32,000 bases of DNA from Wallemia ichthyophaga EXF-994 (GCF_000400465.1 NW_008806274.1:570244-602243); one strand, 5' to 3'; shown: positions 10,756 to 20,962, counted from the stretch's first letter. Translations and numbers: made by a program. The notes: generated by a model not told the origin, from the letters alone.

Positions 10756-12183
10756 CTACTCCTCCCAATTCTCCACCTGAGCCTGCTCAGCAACTTGCTC
10801 ATCTTGCTCGTCGATATCTGGTGTCTCAGCGGAAGGTGCTTGTGAAGGGCGTGCGTGACAATCATGAGAGTGGTGAGTCTGTTGATAAGTGTGGCTCATC
10901 GTCTCCCTCTGATCATTCTGCTCATTCTGCTCTCCCCTCTGCTCTCCCCTCTCACGCTCCTCACGCTCTTCACGCTCTTCATGTCTGCGCTCCCTCCTGA
11001 GCCTCTCAGCAGCTTTAATTGACTTAAAAGCCGAATAGCGCCATTTAAGTGCGCGAGACCGTCTCCTCTCAACCTCTGGAAAGAGAGTGAGAATAGCGAG
11101 TAGCGCAGGCACTATGAGTCTAGTCCACCACATTGGATGGCGGGGTGGACGTTGCTGTGACGCTGCCATTCGCGTTGCTGGGTATGGTGGGAGAGGGGTG
11201 TTGGTGGGCACTGGGCCTGGAATGCGCAGGCGTTGCGCCTCATAGTGCAGGTTAAGGTGAGCGACTCTGTCCAACGCCTGATCTAGTGCGCTAAGTGGAT
11301 TGAGTGGGTTAGTAGGATGTGGATGTGGAGCTTGCGCGGTGTTGTCGTTGTCGTTGCCATTACCATTCGCTCGCGCTTGTTGGGCTGCTTGGTTGAGTGC
11401 GTCGTATGCATTGTTAGGATTGTTTAACGCGTTAGCCTGGCCATTCTGCTGTCTACCTTGTACACCTTGATTAGGTGGATTTATAATGTGTCTGCGTACG
11501 TGGACAAATCGAGTGGCTTCCCATATAGAATAACCAATAGTGAGTACAGCCATGATTATCTTACGTGGCCAACTACCGTGTCTGCAGAAGATGTAGAGCA
11601 TGAGACCACACTTGAAAAGGAGGAAAAGGAGGGGGAGGACGAGTGGGGTAAGAGTGGATAAGTTGATGACGATGTAGCTGTCGTTGCGAGGAGGTGGTTG
11701 TGGTGGTTGTGGTGGCTGCTGCTGTGGCTGCTGTGGTGGTTGCTGTGGTGGCTGCTGTGGTGGCTGCTGTTGTGTGTTGTTGATATTGGAAAAAATGGAA
11801 TCAGTGGAATCAGTGGAACTAATAGGAGGAATACCACCAGCACTGTTACTACTATCACTGCTACCACTGCCACCACCACCAAAGTGAATCCAATTATCAA
11901 CCAACGTGTACACCTCATCTAATAATTCCAATTGAGCGTTTATAGAATAAATAGAATGCTGATCAACACCAGGTAAACCGATGCTCAATAAATAATGATT
12001 AACAGCATCAAAGCTTGATTTGTTGACGCTATCAAGGCCATTGTCAAGTAGAAGGAGATAAAAGGATTTAAGACGGATTAGAGATGTGTTTAGGGTGTGA
12101 ATGTGGTTGGATGGCAGTGAATTTAGATTTTTATTGAATGCGTGGAGATGGTGCGATTGTGGGAGTTGAAAGGTGTTGATCAT
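10756..12183 (-). CDS. Uncharacterised membrane protein, 475 aa
   Basis: Long single ORF. Two central hydrophobic helices (LVLPLLFLLFKCGLMLYIFC; IIMAVLTIGYSIWEA), a third (LIVPALLAILTLFP) followed by ERRRSRAL, and Q/P- and E/R-rich low-complexity linkers. Family not recognised with confidence. Confidence 0.75.
   Translation of the reverse strand: MINTFQLPQSHHLHAFNKNLNSLPSNHIHTLNTSLIRLKSFYLLLLDNGLDSVNKSSFDAVNHYLLSIGLPGVDQHSIYSINAQLELLDEVYTLVDNWIHFGGGGSGSSDSSNSAGGIPPISSTDSTDSIFSNINNTQQQPPQQPPQQPPQQPQQQPPQPPQPPPRNDSYIVINLSTLTPLVLPLLFLLFKCGLMLYIFCRHGSWPRKIIMAVLTIGYSIWEATRFVHVRRHIINPPNQGVQGRQQNGQANALNNPNNAYDALNQAAQQARANGNGNDNDNTAQAPHPHPTNPLNPLSALDQALDRVAHLNLHYEAQRLRIPGPVPTNTPLPPYPATRMAASQQRPPRHPMWWTRLIVPALLAILTLFPEVERRRSRALKWRYSAFKSIKAAERLRRERRHEEREEREERERGEQRGEQNEQNDQRETMSHTYQQTHHSHDCHARPSQAPSAETPDIDEQDEQVAEQAQVENWEE
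11691..11772. repeat. Degenerate 12-bp coding tandem repeat encoding (QQPP)n
   Basis: GCTGCTGTGGTG-like units repeated about 6 times, translated on the minus strand as QQQPPQQPPQQPPQQPQQQPPQPPQPPP. Confidence 0.85.
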
Positions 12184-12280
12184 GGTGGTTATGAGGAGAG
12201 ATTAGAGATGGGATATAGATTGAGGAAGGAGATAAATGGACATAAATGGAGATAAAGGAGATATGGATATAAAAACATTC

Positions 12281-12847
12281 TTACAATTGAATTTTAGAAA
12301 CGCGGTCTTTAACCATGTCGAAAGCACGGAACTGTGAAGGATGTTAGAAGAATCATTATAAAGTGCTTGAACCCACCAAAGTCTGCTCATTTAATTGAAT
12401 ATCTTGAGTATCAGCTTTTGGTCTACTAACTCTGTTTGCAATCGCAGTTGAATCAGTTTCGAGTATAATACCACCATCAATAGTCTCATCTAATGCTAAT
12501 AAAATCATGTCCAAATTTTCAATAAAAGATGACTTCTCTAGTTGGTGACGTAGAAGGATATCAATTGCATCAATAAACCCAGTTAAAACGGTTGATAACA
12601 TTAGTTCATTTTCCTGTACTGGTGATATTAAATAAACTATCAAATCCATCGTTGATTTATATAAAACTAGTTTATCCTTGTAAATTATCAAATCACTTGA
12701 CATTCCTGTCTTGTTGAATAACTCCTTCTCAAATAACTTGTCATTCTCTTTATCCTGATAATATTTAGACAACAACTTATTCCCTTCACTGTCCATAATA
12801 ACTACCCCTTCTACACTATACAAACTGTAATTACATTGATCACTCAT
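12281..12847 (-). CDS. RET3: Coatomer zeta subunit, 2 exons
   Basis: SLYSVEGVVIMDSEGNKLLSKYY, ENELML, LALDETIDGGIILETD (clathrin adaptor small-chain family). Intron 12376-12332 gives EQTL|FRAFDMVKDRVSKIQL*. Confidence 0.93.
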
Positions 12848-12893
12848 CGTGGTTTTATGTCAAGAAGCTTTTTATTTATTTTTATGAATATTT

Positions 12894-15800
12894 TCAATTA
12901 CTCTGGTAATCCTTCTCTTTATCCCCAAATATCCTTTCAAAAATCCCCTCATCTGTCACCTTCAACTCCCCCACACCCTCTCTTCTCCATATCTCTCTGA
13001 ATGTCTTGGTTAGATTATTCAACCCAATCAAATACCCGTAGTCTGGTTCATCTGCGTGCTTGGCTGGGTATCGTGCGTACGGTAATCCCGTACTGACATC
13101 CACTTTGGCATTATAACCTCCTTCTTTAATCCCAGGCAACTCACTCCCCACTCCGGGTCCCAGCGGCGGCAAAAAGTCTTTCCCCGTCGTACAATGAGCA
13201 AAGTCTATTATCTTGATGTTCACTTCTCCTTTCCTCCTCTTCTTCCCTTCTTCTGCTTTGTTTTCACGACGAGCAAATGACTGTTGCAGCCCGCGCTGTA
13301 TCCCCGCATCTCCATCATAGAGGAACAGCAACGAACTAGCATAAAATCTATACCCGTTTAGCTGCGATATGATTCGTCCAAGTCGATAAAGCTTTCGCAA
13401 TATATCCGGTATGTGATGCACCAGCACAACTTCCCCATTATCCAGAAACGCAGTCAACGCTTCTGTGAAATTGCCCACTTGCACTCCTCTACCATAATAC
13501 TTGTCTTGGAATGTATACTCGTTCTTGCGCACGTTGTACACTTGTGTGCCACATAGACGCAGCCCAAGTGTATGCGATGTAGTCTTTTTCGCCTTCTTCC
13601 GCTGTGACGCCTTCTTCTCTTCCGTCGCATCCACACCGTACTGCCGCGTGCCCATTTTCAGATCCAGTACGCACGGTGCCTTGAGTCGACCTGTGAGATC
13701 TTCCATCAGGAGGAATTGTTCTAGTCTGCTATTGTTGTGTGGGTTCTGTGGGTTTTGCTGATCGGAAAATGGGTTCTGTTGATTGCTTTTGCTTTTGACT
13801 TGGCTTTGACTGTGTGGTGAGTGTGCATGTTCGAGTGTATTAACACTCCCATCGTTACTACGGTTGCTGCCACTACCAATACTACCGGTATTAACTGTAT
13901 TTACACTTCCACTCCCGTTCGCTTTCGGCAGTATCTCCGCAGAGTGGTAGATAGGCGACGACTGTGTGCTGGTGATGTTCAGACTCGGCCGCATTTTCTG
14001 TTGTTGGAGTTGTTGGTGTTGCTGGTATTGCTGCGGCGAAGGCACCTTAACGCTAGTATTGACATTGACATTCATCCCACCAACTCCCACTCCCGCTCCC
14101 ATGCCGGCGCTGAAAACATTAGACGTCTCCAATGCACGCTCTCCACCATTCAGTGAGCGTGAGCGTGAGCGCGAGCGCGATCGGTGATGTGTTTGTGGGC
14201 GAGTTTGTGTTTGCCTTGTTTGTGTGCTTTGCAAGCTTTTTGCTTGTCCTTGCATCTTGCTTCCCCCTTCCAAACCCTCCATTGAGAACATATCCACTTC
14301 CCCTCCTTCATCACCTCGCCCTCTTTGTGCATCCTCCCCAACCGACACCACAAAGTGCGACCGCCGCTTACGGATCGAGCGGCCAGAGGGTATATCAGCT
14401 TGGGGAAGAGGGTGTGGGTATGAGTGTAAGTGTGAGTGTGAACGTGACACCTCATGGGAGTGTTCCGTAGACGTGTTTGAAGTATGCGAATTTTCTGACC
14501 CTCCACTACAACTACCCTTATCGTTGTAGTTGTCATTGTGGTAATCCATTTCCTTATCCTTATAACAATTATCATCATCATCATCATCGTTATCATCGTT
14601 ATTATTATCGTTGCTATTCAAATTGTACTCCCCCTCATCACTATCATCATCATCGTTATCTACACGATTAGTGAGAAAGGATTTGGCTTTTAGTGCGCAT
14701 TCCTCGGCGCACTCGCTCCGCAAACGAAGCAAAAGCTGCTGCTCCATCTCGCCAGGGACGCTGACTCTGCGCTGTCTATGCGACGAGTGAGGGTGAGAAT
14801 GGGAGTGAAAGTGGGGGTCGTGTGAGTGAGAGCGCGACCTCATATGCGCCTCCTCTCTATAGCTGGAGGGCTGGGAACCAACGCGACGCGGTAGTCTGTC
14901 ACTGTCCTCATCCTCCTCATCATCATCTTCCTCCCCTTCACCACCTCGCTCAGGTGGACACTTGCGCGTTCGCCGCCTCCGCTTGTGTACGCGCGGCGAC
15001 GAGAAGACCTCGCGCAGCACCTGTTCCTGCAGTCTGCGGTTCACCGTTGTCGCTCCACGTCCGCCGAAGAAGGGGTAAGTGTAAGTGTCCGACTGTGATT
15101 TGGGTAAGGTGTGCACCGAGTGTTTGCGCGGCTTTTGCGATTCCGCGTGTGAGGGCGTGTCGATAGGTGTGACTGTGAAACTTGACGATGGCGATGGACT
15201 GCGGCTTTGAGTTGGGTTGCGCGTGTGTCCGTCCAGTCGCGCACTCGCACTGCTACGCGTCGGAAGACTTGCCTTGCGGTGCAGTGACGATCGATGCTGT
15301 TGTGTCTGCGGACTGGCCTCGTCCTCTGACATGATTGCGAGTTCTTCGTTTGCTTTGTTCGCTCTAAATCCCGAACGCCGAAGCATCCAGTTCGGGATCA
15401 GGTGCGTATTTCGCTCGAATTTCACCTGCGGTATCTCGTCTTCAGACGTTGTGCGGTGGCGTTGAAGCTGGAGAGAGCGGCTGAACCTCCTCTGCTGGAT
15501 GAGAGGTACGGAGCTGTGAGAGCGGTTGAGAGCAGGTCGATTGTCGTGGTTTTTGTCGTCATCGCGATCACTATCTATTTCCAGCTTGCCAAGTTTGTCC
15601 AAGTTATCCAGACTACCCAGGCTACCCAAATTACTCAGCTTGTTGAGCTTATCAACCCTGTCAACTGCCTCCGGGGAAGACGGGGGCGATGGCTTGACGA
15701 AAGTGACATTGAGAACGCCCAAATACTGTGGAATGTACTGCAACAACTGCGGGTGATCACGCTCGACAGATTCATAGAACTGGTTCTCACGCCGCACGAG

Positions 15801-16330
15801 TGGCTTGCACACAGCTCTGCGCGAGAAACGGAAGATAGGATGATGGCCTCCGACTTGATTGTTGAATGGCTTGAGTGGGACAGAGGGGAGCACACTATCA
15901 GCGTCATCCTCCTCCTTTACATTTATCTGTAAATCTAATCAGCTCACAGAATCACCGCAAAAGACAGCAAACACACATCATAGTCGTAATCGCTGGATTC
16001 TGAGGCTAAAGAGTCAGATAGAGAGTGGAAAGAGCTCTCCTCGCTGCTGAAATCGTCTGTCTCGTAGGAGGTTGTTGAGTGTTTAGGTGAGTGTGGCTGC
16101 TGCTGCTGCTGCTCGGACGGAGATCTAAATCTCGATTTTGCATTGAGCTTGAACGATTTCCGCCGTATTGGAAGAGATGGCGGTGCTGTTGTGTTTATCT
16201 GCGGGAGATTTGTCTGTGTGGAAGACGCAGAGTTGGAGATGTGCTCTAACGGGTGAAGATGTGGCTGCGGCTGTGGCTCATTTTGCTGCTTCTGCTGGTC
16301 CTGCTGGTCCTGCTTCCACACCAAGCTCAT
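12894..16330 (-). CDS. KCS1: Inositol hexakisphosphate kinase (Kcs1-like, IPK superfamily), 2 exons
   Basis: QVGGH, CKPL...[38 protein letters not shown] (PxxxDxKxG), [12 protein letters not shown] and IIDFAH motifs. Intron 15976-15927 joins the 15944..16330 ORF in phase 0. Confidence 0.9.
14569..14660. repeat. Trinucleotide-like ATC/ATT tract encoding an Asp/Asn-rich run in KCS1
   Basis: ATCATCATCATCATCATCGTTATCATCGTTATTATTATCG..., translated on the minus strand as NDDDDSDE...[15 protein letters not shown]. Confidence 0.8.
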
Positions 16331-16385
16331 CGACGTTTGATTATAAGATGGATATTACGATACAATTAAATATTTTATAATTAAA

Positions 16386-16700
16386 TCAGTTAAAGCTGCT
16401 TCCTGGTCTGATTCTGTTGTTAGCGTTACTCAACCGCTGTATCCCCACTCACAGTCCAACAGGCACAGGTGCAAAGTGATAATCCGTTGAGTTATCTCCA
16501 CTCAGCGTGTCCAGTGTTTTATTCGAGTGCATTAAATGCGGGTGTGCCGTGTTCGCTGTGCTGTTGAATTTGCTGCTCCCATTGACATTGCTGATATGGT
16601 TTTCCCCTAGCCCTACTGGCACAAACCCCTTGGATTGTACTGGACTCGCCGTTACTGTCGCTGCCAGCATTCCAACTACTAACATACTCAATGCTGTCAT
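16386..16700 (-). CDS. Small putative secreted glycoprotein, about 91 aa, 2 exons
   Basis: Signal-peptide-like MTALSMLVVGMLAATVTA|SPV, four N-x-S/T sequons and a repeated VPVGL motif. A 39-nt intron (16452-16414, GTGAGT...GCTAAC...CAG) extends the C-terminus to ...VPVGLIRPGSSFN*. Confidence 0.65.
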
Positions 16701-16901
16701 TGTTTTTGTTTTTGGTAAACTTCATCACGCCGCCTGGCTTTGATTTTCACAATTGCCTTCCTTTTTCGTTTAAAACACGCGCGCTGAGGTATGAATAGCG
16801 CGTAAATTACTAGAATTGTGAATATAGATAGAATTACATGCTACATATGAAATATGCTCAGGTTACAATCACGCCAACTATTCATGCTCCACGCTCCACG
16901 C

Positions 16902-18276
16902 TCAACTCTCAACTTCCTCACCAACCACCCTACTCAACTTCCTGTAGAGGTTCCCAGGCAGCATTATCTTATCCCCCTTATCTCTCTCCCTCACCGCTTT
17001 GGCATCTTGTGGGACCGGTGTAGCGCTTCCTGACTGTGGATGTCTTGGTGTAGCATCTCCCGAGCTACTCCCATCCAATTCGAGCAGCTCATTTGGCTTC
17101 TGTCCCTCGTTCAGTCTCAATGTCTCCACCTTCTCCGCTCTTGCTATAGGCACATGTGCATCGAGAGCGAGTGACGCCTTCTTAGGCGCTATCTGCGATA
17201 CCCCCTCGTGCCTAATCCACCCATGCTGCAACGCTTCATCCACTGTCATTCTCTCATTCGGATTCGGTTTCAGCAGACGTTGAATAAAGTCCTTTGCTGT
17301 GCGATTGTGAGTGGTGTTAGTGAACTTTTTCATCATCCTCTACCCACCGTCTCCCGACACATCATGCCAAAACAAGTCATTGAACTTGACATCAGTGAAC
17401 TGCTTAGTCTCATTCTCTATTATTTGAGGGTTCGCTGAGGTGTACAGCGAGCGTCCCGAGAGAACATTGAAAGTTATAACTCCAATAGCCCACATATCAG
17501 CCGGGAATGAGTATCCCCTGAAGTTGTATATTTCAGGTGCAATGTACGTTGGACTCCCGCAAGGTTCGAGCAGCTTTACATCGTGCGACGGGAGCAGTAC
17601 AGCCTGGCCGAAATCGATGAGAATGACTTCACCAGCTGGTGCATCTTTGCTTCTGTAGAGGTAGTTGTCGAGTTTAATATCCCTATGCAACACATTGCGT
17701 GCATGCAGATAGCTAGTTGCCTTGAGAATAGCCGTTACTGCCTGCCTCGCTTCATCCTCGCTGAGATGACCGCCTGGAGTGGATGGTAAGTTAGTAAATG
17801 ATCCCACTATTACACTACGCAAACGCGTCGTTCCTCCCACCAGCTGAATTAAGCCTATCTATCAAATCTCCCCCGGACGCCAACTCGAACACCAAATAAT
17901 AGCTCGTCGAACTCGAGAAAAAGCTTATCAAGTTGATAGTGTTTGGGTGGTCCATGTTGTCGCGCATGAATGTGATAAGTCGTCTGTAGGCGTCCCTATC
18001 TGATATCATCAATCAGCACGGTTACGATAAGCAGATGACGTGAGTGACGCACTCTTGATACTCTTCTTGGGTACCTTCTTGATAGCCACGTCTCTGTCGG
18101 TTTCCTTGTCATGCGCTTGGCTCACGACACCGAACCCGCCCTGACCGAGGACCTGGATGATCAGCCGTGTGAGTGGAGTGCGTGCTGGTCCATGGCGCCC
18201 CGCTCACCTCACCAAAGTCATATGCTTGCTTGTGCTGATGCGATTCCTTGTGGAATAGATTGCCAAGTAAATTCAT
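16902..18276 (-). CDS. CAMK-group (Cmk1/CaMKI-like) Ser/Thr protein kinase, atypical, 5 exons
   Basis: Introns at 18207-18153, 18052-18000, 17840-17774 and 17347-17297 give LGQGGFG, VAIK, HPN, ELASGGDL, LHRDIKLDNYL, IDFG, CGSPTYIAPE, DMWAIGV and AKDFIQRLL...R...ALQHGW. Start could extend to 18468. Confidence 0.88.
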
Positions 18277-18671
18277 CTGCGTGGGTGGTGTAACGCAAAC
18301 GTGACATTTGCGATGAGGCGGCGATAAGTATCGGGAATAAACGGGAAATGGAATTGATGCAAAGACGGCAACGAAGGATAGTGTGATACTTTGAATACCC
18401 AGATGCCACCAGATGCCACTACGCCACACATCCAATCGACGATATGAAAATCTTCGATGAATATACATGTGAAGTGGAGCTATCTACATCCGAAACTACA
18501 GGACAATCAAGGGGTCTTATAGTACCTTTACTGGCAGCAATAAAAAAGCAGTTCAGATTAGATACAATTTCACTGCCTATTGTCACTTCTTTAAATAGAA
18601 ATAGTCCAAATATTCGTGCTTGATCTACTTGGCACCATTTGAATCATATTTGATAATTTGTTATACACACT

Positions 18672-19527
18672 ATGACGGATGATTCTCCGTCTTCTTCAAA
18701 TAAAATGAATCCAGACTTAGAATCGCAATCGCCATCACCAAAGCCTTCACAGCGCAACTTTTCTTCCATGTGAGTTGAGCAATGCATTCCACACACCTCT
18801 CACATATTCCAGCCTCAATGAACACGTCGAACACCACAACGCTGCTATTCCGCTAGCCTGGCAATCATTCATCACTGGTTTGGTCGATCTCATCCTCTAC
18901 TCGCGAAGCCAAGTTTGGGTTGGTTTTCAAACAGGCAACATGGTCCAATTCTCAGGAAATATCGCTCAATTCATGCTTCCTGATTATCAGCGACATCCCC
19001 TCAAAACTCTGATGAGAATTTTATCTATCGTCGCCTTCTTCCTAGGCTCTTTTGTTTCTTCAGTGGGTGGTAGATATGTCGGTGACCGCACGCGCAAATG
19101 GCTTTTCATCAACTCAGTTCTCCAAAGCTGTTTGTTGTGGGGAGCTGCAGGTATACTCCTGTCTAGACCTGAATATGAACAGCCAACATTTGACTACTTC
19201 CCCGCTGTACTCACACTCGCAGCCTGGTCGTTAGGAATGCAAGCTGCAGCTTCACAGAAACTGACATCCCCGCACTTCGCAACGACAGTCGCATTCACAG
19301 CCACCATCACTCAAATAGCCAGCGATCCCAATCTCTTCAAGTTGAGATCGCCGACTAGAGATAAACGGATGGTAGGTATAGTCTGTCTGTGTATTGGTGC
19401 AGGCGTGGGTGAGATGTTGCTTTATGCCGACACCAATCTAAGAGGCGCGATGGCGATAGTCGCTGGATTCAAACTTATACAAGCGTTCATGTGGTTTTTG
19501 CCAAAGGCTTCCCCACCACCACAATGA
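18672..19527 (+). CDS. DUF1275/YoaK-like multi-pass membrane protein, 2 exons
   Basis: FITGLVD...VWVGFQTGN, SLGMQA and TTVAFTA motifs, with about 6-7 hydrophobic helices. Intron 18770-18812 (GTGAGT...CCAG) links the ATG at 18672 in frame. Confidence 0.8.
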
Positions 19528-19532
19528 AATTA

Positions 19533-20195
19533 CTAGAATAAAATCACCTCGTCGGTATACTTGACCCACACTGCTATTACTACACAACTTAACACCGCGA
19601 ATGATAATTTGGCCTGTACAACTGCATATACCCACAGCATAGCGATCGATGGCGCTCTCTTGATGACTTGGTAGCTTGGGGAATCGTTGATGAGCTTAAT
19701 TAGACTCATTCCTAGCGCAATGGATGAGAGTAGGTATACATATTGCATCCATCTCGAGTTGGAGTATTTGTTAGCTACATGGGGTTAGTTGGGCGCTCTT
19801 GCAATGTCTCAACTTACAGTAGAAGATGATGACGGTTATTACTTTAAATTGTTAAATGTTTTGCATTAATATGGTGAACACACTTACATGGCACTGCCTT
19901 TGCCATTTGCTTGGCTTCTTGTGTGAATGTCGGCCATGAGTTGTACTGTGCAGATACGAGGAGGTCCATGAGGAGGTATAAGAAGCTGCTACAAGTTAAA
20001 TAGGCATAAAAGGCTACCAGAAGCCCACCTAAAAGGTATAATGTGTAGTACTGCACCGAAAACCTCACCAATTTCGAGAACTTCGGGTTCGGGTTGCTGT
20101 TGCAACTTCTGCCTGACGCCAGAATAGTCAACGAGTTCATCTATATTTTCAATGCTCTCTGCTTCATCGTCTCTGATTTCCTCTATTTTCGCCAT
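19533..20195 (-). CDS. Conserved fungal membrane protein (DUF7719-like), 4 exons
   Basis: Introns at 20027-19989, 19887-19842 and 19817-19775 join the fragments into MAKIEEI...IIPFSSFLYLLMDLLVSAQY...AVPLITVIIFYSNKY...VIKRAPSIAMLWVYAVVQ. Family recalled from motif similarity only. Confidence 0.72.
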
Positions 20196-20244
20196 TTTTG
20201 AGTAAAACGAGAAATGCGCTCGCCTAGCTCCAACCGCTACAGCG

Positions 20245-20962
20245 ATGCAAGTAACTAGAATTTCACGCCAGGCTGTTGTGAGTGAATAGAGTGTCTGCAA
20301 GGGAGAGTGCTGAGAATTATACAGGACTTTTCACGTCTCACCAGCCAAATTGGACTCGGAAAGGGTGAGTTTGGAGTCTTGAGGATTCAATGTAGCTCAA
20401 ACACACGCGTAGACACCGTTGCTCAAATCAACGCCTTCAGAAAGCGTGCAGATGAAGCAAAGCGTTCATTAACCAACCTTCAAGAGCACAAGGTGGACGT
20501 AGACTTCAGTCACTACCGCTCAACGCTCAAGAACAGCGCAGTGGTTGATGAGCTTGAGAGCAAAGTAAAGTCATTCAAGCCAGCTACTTACGACGTTCAA
20601 GCCATTCAGAAAGCAATTGATGCATTTGAAGCAAAGGCTGTCGACTCAGCTCAACAAACTGAGAAAAAGATTGCAGAGGAACTTAAAGACCTCCAAGCCA
20701 CTTTGGACAACATCCAATCAGCTCGCCCATTCGACCAGCTCACCATCGACGACGTTGCAGCCGCACGTCCAGAAATCACCAAGACTGTCGATACGATGGT
20801 ACAAAAGGGCAAATGGTCTGTACCTGGCTACAAGGAGAAGTGTGAGTGGTGCTGTAACTCTGATTTCAATTTTACTAACTCGGTTTTTAGTTGGAGACCT
20901 CAATATCAGTGAGCACCACGAGCTGCGCTGTACGTCGCATTCTAACTCAATTGACAGTGTAA
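20245..20962 (+). CDS. ATP7: Mitochondrial ATP synthase subunit d, 5 exons
   Basis: Introns at 20278-20324, 20365-20412, 20842-20890 and 20909-20957 give MQVTRISRQAV|DFSRLT...GK|DTVAQINAFRKR...VDFSHYRSTLKN...IQSARPFDQLT...GKWSVPGYKEK|FGDLNI|M*. Confidence 0.94.

Noticed and set aside
11684-11922. Cys/Gly-rich (GCCGG)n and Trp/Leu-rich ORFs resembling a metallothionein or toxin
   Set aside because: Antisense translations of the (QQPP)n repeat in the 475-aa gene.
14132-15932. Many overlapping 60-176 aa ORFs with poly-H/C/M/I runs around KCS1
   Set aside because: Alternative-frame read-outs of low-complexity triplet repeats within KCS1.
16777-16803. CGCGCT/AGCGCG inverted repeat with MCB-like ACGCG sites
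   Set aside because: A 6-bp stem only, expected by chance, with no independent support.
18035-18049. ATGACGT and TGACG sites inside kinase intron 2
   Set aside because: A single short motif pair in a non-promoter position that cannot be distinguished from background.
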